A stretch of DNA of 63,835 nt, filler included, from Deltaproteobacteria bacterium (GTDB lineage: Bacteria; JAEEML01), in NCBI GenBank assembly GCA_016283195.1. It is 6 parts of 6 records of this genome, joined end to end, with 100 filler letters (N's around TTAATTAATTAA, not from the genome) between each part and the next. Parts side by side here need not be neighbours in the genome. Positions count along the whole stretch, not along the records: positions 56,581 to 59,287 come from JAEEML010000134.1; positions 59,388 to 63,835 come from JAEEML010000138.1; 4 more parts are not named here. One strand, written 5' to 3'. A model generated the notes under the pieces. It did not search any database. It saw only the letters and a list, made by a program, of their open reading frames with translations, and was not told the DNA's origin. The position numbers and the translations under genes were made by a program. Of this stretch, positions 58,380-63,835 are shown one piece after another. The first letter of the stretch is position 1. Each line of letters starts with the position of its first letter.

Positions 58380-59279
58380 TTACCAGCCGAGGAATTCTTT
58401 ATAAGGAATATCCGGCTCCAAAATATATTGCCCGTGATGCTGGCCGCGTTCTTCTACAGGCGGAAAGGCCATATAGTCGCCGTAAGTTTTAGTAAGAATA
58501 TTCCGGTAGCCGGCAGGAATAGGGAATTTGTATCCGGCAAATTCGCCTTCTACGGCACTGGCAAAATCAGCGGCCTCCCAGGTGTTTATTTGGAGCGGCT
58601 CGGCAGTAAAGAGCATGATGGCCACTTTATCTGTTTCGCGGTTATTGTACATTGTGGCCAGGCGCTGTATTTCCTCAAAATCTTTTATATGATCGCGATG
58701 ATATGCCGCCACCCGCTGCCTGTTTTTTTCGTTTAGTTCCGGATTGGTCAGGCGCATGAAGGTGCCGTTTTCGATATTCAGGCGGTTTATTTGTTCATAG
58801 CGCTCAAGGGCGCCGGCGGCCACAAAATTGTCTAAGGGGAAAATGTCGATAAATAGGCCCTGGTTCATTTTTTGGTACTTAATAATGGGGCTTATAGCGC
58901 TGGTATTGGAATTGCGCAGGCGCGCATAGGAGGCAGCGTAGTTGCTGTCAGTGTAGGGGGTTTGCAAGAATATGGGCTCGCGGAATTCGTCTTTAAGCTT
59001 GATGAATTTTTCGTAATCCGCACGCGGCATGGCAATATCGGCATCGTCATCCCAGGGAATGAAACTTTTATGGCGAATTGCCCCAAGCAGCGTCCCCGAG
59101 ATGAGAAAGTAGCGCAGGTGGTGCTTTTGGCAGACTCTGTCCAGTTGCAGCAAGAGGTCCAGTTCGACAGCCCAGATTTTTTTCCTCTGCTCGGTAACAT
59201 GAAACTCGCAGAGAATTTCTTCTTTTAAAAAATCCGGCGGGATGGTGCCTTCTGCCACTATTCTTTCGGGTTCGGTCAT
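58380..59279 (-). CDS. LicD-family phosphotransferase
   Basis: GTLLGAIRHKSFIPWDDDADI, IDIFPLD, YGDYMAFPP. Confidence 0.93.
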   Translation of the reverse strand: MTEPERIVAEGTIPPDFLKEEILCEFHVTEQRKKIWAVELDLLLQLDRVCQKHHLRYFLISGTLLGAIRHKSFIPWDDDADIAMPRADYEKFIKLKDEFREPIFLQTPYTDSNYAASYARLRNSNTSAISPIIKYQKMNQGLFIDIFPLDNFVAAGALERYEQINRLNIENGTFMRLTNPELNEKNRQRVAAYHRDHIKDFEEIQRLATMYNNRETDKVAIMLFTAEPLQINTWEAADFASAVEGEFAGYKFPIPAGYRNILTKTYGDYMAFPPVEERGQHHGQYILEPDIPYKEFLGW

Positions 59280-59287
59280 GGCCTTAG

Positions 59288-59387
59288 NNNNNNNNNNNNN
59301 NNNNNNNNNNNNNNNNNNNNNNNNNNNNNNNTTAATTAATTAANNNNNNNNNNNNNNNNNNNNNNNNNNNNNNNNNNNNNNNNNNNN
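59288..59387. other. Artificial contig spacer
   Basis: 100-nt N-run with TTAATTAATTAA. Confidence 0.98.
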
Positions 59388-60268
59388 AAACGCTATGGAA
59401 AGACTTTAATAAGTGGTTTCTTTCCGGCACTCTGGATATTTTAAAAGCGGTGCTAAGCATCATGGATAAAGTAGCTAAGATGTTACCACCGAAAGATGAT
59501 AGCTCTGAAGAAGCTCGTAAGTTCCGCTGGCAACGTGAAGAGTTTTTAACCAAAATAGCCAGGAAGGCCATTAAAGAAAATAATCCGCAACTACTAAGTC
59601 TTATTGTAAATAATACAAAATTTGACATAAATGCACTGGATAACCATGGTTATGACTCTGCTGGTCACTTTTTGGAGCGAGCTATTAGGTCTAATGAAAC
59701 TGAGATAGCCAAAATACTTATTAAAGCCGGTATAAAAACTAATGTATCCTATCTGCGTAATGAACATAGCCCACTTATGTGGGCGGCAAGTCGTGATGAA
59801 GCAGAAATAGTTAAAGCGCTCTTAGAAGCCGGCGCCGATCCCGATTATCACCCAGAATTCAATAATGATAAAATAGAAAATGGTGATGTGTATAATAGCC
59901 CTACACCACTGATGTTGGCCGCGAGAAACGGTGCCAGCGAATCGGCCAGCCTGCTGATAGAAGCCGGCGCCGATATAAATAAAGAAGATTTATTTGGCGT
60001 AACTCCGCTGATGAAGGCTTTGGTGCGCGGCTATACTTCTATAGTTCGCCTCCTCATCAAAGCGGGGGTAAACCCCAACCAGCGCCTTAATGAGTTTGGG
60101 GTAACTCCGCTGATGGTGGCCAGCGCTTTTAATTATCAGGATATGGTCAAAATGCTGCTTGAAGAGGGGGCAGATGCCAATATAGCTAATAAATTCGGGA
60201 AGAAAGCGCGGGATATTGCCAAAGATGAGGAGATGAAAAAGATACTGAGCGGCGGCAGAGGAAAATAA
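59388..60268 (+). CDS. Ankyrin-repeat protein (5' truncated)
   Basis: SPLMWAA, TPLMLAA, GVTPLMKA, GVTPLMVA, LL.AGAD repeats; frame open back to the contig start. Confidence 0.92.
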
Positions 60269-60450
60269 GACAGCGGGTCGCACATATTTGTCGGCTCCTT
60301 CCCTTCACTAAGCATTGGATTATACGCTTTCATAATGTCTTTGTCACCTTCCGGCGGCCCGCTCAACAGTAATTAGTGAAAATAGCGGTCTCCTTTTTCT
60401 TAGCTGTTATGCCAGTTTCTTCCCGCTACTAATTCTTGATTTTATTCTTA

Positions 60451-60840
60451 TTCTTTTTTGGGGAAAACCTCCGCTAATTTCGAAGCGCTCAGGTTTTCCC
60501 CAAACCCCTTTCCGCCGCACGACAAAGGGACACCCTTGGAACCCGAACGTTCAATGAAAATGGCTTTGTTTATGATATGTTACAAAATTGGTCACTTCTG
60601 GTGTGCCTTAAAAGCCAGAGGCCCCACTTGAGATCGGGTATGGATAGCCTGCCTCTGGCTTAGGCGGGGCTGCGCCCCGGCACCCCGCTAGGGCTCAGTT
60701 GTCAAATACCATTCGGATCGCGATCCGCCTTACGGCGGAATAGTTTTGGCCGGCGGCCGCTGCGGCTGCGCCGCTGGCTGGCCTCCGGCTTAAGCCTCCT
60801 GCTACGCTGGGGGCTGTTCGCCTGGCGCTTCGCGCCTGGC
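60451..60840. repeat. Dense array of GC-rich palindromes (REP/MITE-like)
   Basis: 14-bp IR 60457-60470/60491-60504; 11-bp IR 60612-60622/60651-60661; GGGGC-TGC-GCCCC; TCCGCC-TTAC-GGCGGA; 60820-60840 hairpin. Confidence 0.8.
60820..60840 (-). other. Putative DGR target-recognition hairpin
   Basis: Minus strand GCC-A-GGCGC-GAA-GCGCC-A-GGC immediately after the TGA of the FISUMP gene. Confidence 0.6.
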
Positions 60841-61045
60841 TCACGGAGAGTCCTTGAGGCAACGCACGGAAAAAGCGTAATTCTTGACGTCGATGCCTAC
60901 ACCCGCATAGCCATCACCCAAGATCAGGCGGCAGGCGTCGTGGCTACTGCCCTCGCGCTCCGTGGCCGACCAGAAGTAGGCGTAGTAACCGAAACGGTAG
61001 TAATCGCCACCGTAGTAGCGGCCGGCGGGAAGCGCCGAAAAGCCA
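60841..61045 (-). other. Putative DGR variable region
   Basis: Abrupt switch from A-rich to A-poor sequence; 38 of 48 codons after PAG end in C/T and only one in A. Confidence 0.72.
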
Positions 61046-61449
61046 AAATCATTTTCCGCTTCATTTTTTGCTTCTAGCCAGTGTGGTGATTTGGCTGCCA
61101 GAGCTAAAAAGTTATTTTGACTAGTGCGATTAAGTTCCACATATTTTAAAAGTTTTTCAAAATCTGTCATTGTTGGCAAATGCCAACCGGCCGGGCAGAC
61201 TTTTAAAGCATTTTCCCATGAATACAAGAAGCCATACATTTTGTCGTTTTCATTATCACCATCAGCGGACCAATGGGGTAAACCCTTAAAAGCCATATTT
61301 TCGGCCATCCAGGTTTGATTGCCGATTTTTACTGTTCGGTAAACATGGCCATCACGTGTATCGGTAAAAGAGCCGTATTGCTGGGCAAAAGCTGTTGCCG
61401 GAGTGACTAATAAAAGAGAAAAAGCAAATAATTTAAAAAGATTGTTCAT
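60841..61449 (-). CDS. Secreted single-domain FISUMP protein; candidate DGR target
   Basis: Signal peptide (ATAFA), FTDTRDGHVYRTVKIGNQTWMAEN, YGFLYSW, CPAGWHLPT, GFSALPAG, FWSAT, FSVRCLKD; GGAGG RBS before ATG 61449. Confidence 0.93.
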   Translation of the reverse strand: MNNLFKLFAFSLLLVTPATAFAQQYGSFTDTRDGHVYRTVKIGNQTWMAENMAFKGLPHWSADGDNENDKMYGFLYSWENALKVCPAGWHLPTMTDFEKLLKYVELNRTSQNNFLALAAKSPHWLEAKNEAENDFGFSALPAGRYYGGDYYRFGYYAYFWSATEREGSSHDACRLILGDGYAGVGIDVKNYAFSVRCLKDSP

Positions 61450-61491
61450 TGCTGCCTCCTGGGTTTTAGTGTGCATCGAAGTAGCTTAATT

Positions 61492-61827
61492 TTAAATTTT
61501 AGTGATAGTACTTGTTGTTCCGCCTTGTATAGTAATATTCAGATTAGTAAGGTTAATCCATGTTACAAGAACTTTGGATTCGGAGCCCTTCTTGTCGTTA
61601 TTACTGATAACAACGCCGACTGCCCTGATTTCGGTTGTTTTTTTGGTTTCGCGAAAGTGTTTTAACAAGAGAACATCACCGATTTTAATACTATTGATAG
61701 CAGTATCATAATTTGTGAAAGCGCTTTGTTTATAGTCCGTTGTCCAATAGTTTTGTTGAATAAAATCATCAGACATGTCTTGTGTACCATTTTTCCACAT
61801 ATAACCTACCAAATATGCATTAGCCAT
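61492..61827 (-). CDS. AT-rich hypothetical protein
   Basis: GAGG RBS; 111 aa; SIKIGDVLLLK...IRAVGVV...VLVTW resembles PUA/EVE-like beta domains. Confidence 0.6.
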   Translation of the reverse strand: MANAYLVGYMWKNGTQDMSDDFIQQNYWTTDYKQSAFTNYDTAINSIKIGDVLLLKHFRETKKTTEIRAVGVVISNNDKKGSESKVLVTWINLTNLNITIQGGTTSTITKI

Positions 61828-61940
61828 ACTAACCTCCTAGCACCATTCGTGCCCCAAAATTTTTGTACCTCTTGCAAGAGGTAGTCTTATTGTTAACACA
61901 ATAAGACTAATATAATTGCCAAGCGGCGCCTGGACTAAAA

Positions 61941-62027
61941 TTGGCGCGATCGCCCGCCTGCGGCGGGCGCCAAATTGACCGAGAGGCCGGAGTAGGGTGC
62001 AGGGGCAGCCGCCCCGCCTTAGTGAAC
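61941..62027. repeat. Palindromic repeat-family copy, inverted relative to 60662-60688
   Basis: CGCCCGCC-TGC-GGCGGGCG stem; rc of 61992-62019 resembles AGGCGGGGCTGCGCCCCGGCACCCC at 60662; rc of 62015-62027 equals 57002-57014. Confidence 0.65.
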
Positions 62028-62174
62028 TCCAGTTGAAAAAAACAGTATAAAAGGTTATATACCGAGCGTTTCTGGTGGTTTTACCAGTTTTGCTTAGTAG
62101 AAAAAGCCATCCCAGATTTGACAAAGTGGCAGCAGGAGAGAAAAACACTAAGAAAGAATTCAAGGAAAAAACGC

Positions 62175-62933
62175 ATGAAATTAATATATTCACTCTTATC
62201 TGTAACACTTTTGACTGCCTGCACCGTTCCGGCACTCCAAAGTAACAACCAACCGGCGGAGGAAAAAGGAGCCATGACGCCGCCAGACGCCATAAAGCAC
62301 GACCCGGCTCATCCGCCCATTGATTGCCCCTTGCGCAAACAGGGCATCGACCCCGGCAAATTAAAGCCCTTTGAACAAATGGAAGCCTATATCAACTTTT
62401 TGGATCAGGAGAGTCGCAAGGTTTGGCAAAAACCGCAGGAAGTGGTGGCCGCCATGCAGCTAAAAGGCCATGAACGGGTGCTCGATTTGGGGGCCGGCTC
62501 CGGCTATTTTTCTTTCCCCATTGCCGAAAAGCTCCCGCTGGGGCGCCTTTTTGCCGCCGATGTAGAGCCGGAAATGGTGCGCCATATTCACCACAAAGTT
62601 ATGGCGCAAGGCATTAAAAATATTGAAGTATTGCTCATAGACCCCGAAAAGCCCAAGTTGCCGGAAAATATAGATTTGGTTTTTATTTGCGACGTGTTGC
62701 ACCATGTAAAAAATCCTAAGGACTGGCTAACTGGCATCACGGCACAGCTCCCGATTGGCGCACAAATACACATAATTGAGTTTAAGCCGGGCGACCTGCC
62801 AAACGGCCCGCCGGAGAGCGTCAAAATGGCTCCGGAAAAGTTAATAGAAATCGCTCAAAGCTGCGGGCTAAGGCTGGAGAAGCGCCTGGATGAGCTTTTG
62901 CCATACCAGAATTACTATGTGTTTAAAAAATAA
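62175..62933 (+). CDS. Class I SAM-dependent methyltransferase, lipoprotein
   Basis: Lipobox LTAC; WQKP.EVV, VLDLGAGSGYF, AADVE, CDVLHH, LPYQ. Confidence 0.88.
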   Translation: MKLIYSLLSVTLLTACTVPALQSNNQPAEEKGAMTPPDAIKHDPAHPPIDCPLRKQGIDPGKLKPFEQMEAYINFLDQESRKVWQKPQEVVAAMQLKGHERVLDLGAGSGYFSFPIAEKLPLGRLFAADVEPEMVRHIHHKVMAQGIKNIEVLLIDPEKPKLPENIDLVFICDVLHHVKNPKDWLTGITAQLPIGAQIHIIEFKPGDLPNGPPESVKMAPEKLIEIAQSCGLRLEKRLDELLPYQNYYVFKK

Positions 62934-62968
62934 GATAACATCATGAATTTAAAGAGAAAAAAGATAAA

Positions 62969-63061
62969 ATGCTGAACTCTTTGGTGGTGGCACTTGGCGG
63001 GGTGCTTGGAGCCTTGGGGCCTAAAACTCTCGCTATTGGTGCTGATGATAGAAAAGAGTAA
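62969..63061 (+). pseudogene. Possible remnant of a fluoride channel (FluC/CrcB) gene
   Basis: MLNSLVVALGGVLGALG matches the FluC TM1 GGxxGA motif, but the ORF is only 30 aa. Confidence 0.35.
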
Positions 63062-63073
63062 TTTGAGAAAAAC

Positions 63074-63835
63074 ATGAATTTTTTGCACCATTTACTTTTT
63101 ATGTTTGAAAGCGAATATGAGGCGGCGCTTTTAGATGAACTCACCCGCCTTTATCCTGATGGGCAACATATTGCCCACTTTGGCGGCTGGCTAGATAGCC
63201 GTTTTAATGGCGAAATAAGCGGGCTGCCCTGGGCTTTTGCCCGCCAGGTATTAGTGGATCCAATTGATATTAAAGGCTTATCCATCAGCCAGACTGCCCA
63301 GGCCATTCATGAGGCGGCCATGGCTAAATTGCCAGATTCTGCCGGCCCGCTAAGAGTGCATATTTTTGGCCCGGAGCAGGAGTCCGGCTCGGTAGCCTCC
63401 GCGCGCGGGCGCATTTTAGCCGGCGAGCTGGAAAAATTTTGGGCTAAAAAGCAGCGCCGCCTTTTGCGCGCCTGGCAAAAAGATGAGGAGGCGCCCTGGG
63501 CGGAGGATGAGTCTCTTATTCAGGTGGCTCTTTTAGCGCCGGAAAATTGCTGGCTCACAGTGAATACAGCGGCTGAGCGGCAGCAAATCGGCCCAACTCT
63601 CTCGCGTTACCCGGCCGGGCTGGTGCAAGTGCCAATTGACCACAAGCCGCCAGCCAGAGCTTACCAAAAACTTCTGGAAGCCCAGCGGCACCTGGGGCGC
63701 TATATTACTAAAGGTGAAACCTGCGTTGATTTGGGGGCCGCACCCGGTAGCTGGAGTTACGTGGCTCTGGCCCAGGGCGCCAGGGTGATTGCTCTTGACC
63801 GCGCCCGCCTGCGCGATGATTTAATGGACAATAAG
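63074..63835 (+). CDS. RlmM-like 23S rRNA 2'-O-methyltransferase (FtsJ fold), runs off the window
   Basis: Manual translation: ...WAFARQVL...PPARAYQKLLEA...CVDLGAAPGSWSYVALAQGARVIALDRA. Confidence 0.8.
   Translation, partial: MNFLHHLLFMFESEYEAALLDELTRLYPDGQHIAHFGGWLDSRFNGEISGLPWAFARQVLVDPIDIKGLSISQTAQAIHEAAMAKLPDSAGPLRVHIFGPEQESGSVASARGRILAGELEKFWAKKQRRLLRAWQKDEEAPWAEDESLIQVALLAPENCWLTVNTAAERQQIGPTLSRYPAGLVQVPIDHKPPARAYQKLLEAQRHLGRYITKGETCVDLGAAPGSWSYVALAQGARVIALDRARLRDDLMDNK

Noticed and set aside
11261-59387. Five identical TTAATTAATTAA motifs inside N-runs, which could look like a repeat family
   Set aside because: Artificial six-frame-stop linkers used to concatenate contigs; they also invalidate any synteny argument across them.
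1-63835. DGR core (reverse transcriptase, Avd, template repeat), CRISPR array, tRNA/rRNA, integrase or intact transposase
   Set aside because: No RT with a YxDD motif in context, no AAC-rich non-coding copy of either VR, no regularly spaced repeats and no cloverleaf or rRNA-like sequence were found by eye.

Overview
This window is six separate contigs joined by artificial 100-nt spacers (N-runs containing TTAATTAATTAA), so gene order across the five spacers carries no meaning. Gene content and order (lpxC, tolB, lysS-lolE-lolD-bamA, holB-ricT-metG, mreBCD-mrdA-rodA, PP2C phosphatase, sigma-54 regulator, many Cys-rich lipoproteins) point to a Gram-negative Deltaproteobacteria/Myxococcota-like bacterium; this assignment is inference. 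Most of the DNA is housekeeping. The strongest unusual signal is in three dispersed FISUMP (Fib_succ_major) genes. Two of them (14451-15659 and 60841-61449) end in a ~200-nt segment with the codon signature of a diversity-generating retroelement (DGR) variable region, and one has a GC-rich GAA-loop hairpin right after its stop codon. The third gene (44396-46198) lacks the signature. No reverse transcriptase or template repeat is in the window, so these would be remote DGR targets, apparently served by two different templates, and one sits on an EGF-repeat lipoprotein stalk. Other notable items: a 1.35-kb islet bounded by a 38-bp exact duplication of the rodA 3' end, a RodA with a ~175-aa membrane insertion, three tandem paralogous secreted proteins ending in GGG(I/V)MLG(G/A)RF, a family of palindromic REP/MITE-like intergenic repeats, and a long hairpin covering the RBS of a DUF1667-helicase operon. 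I found no rRNA, tRNA or CRISPR array.
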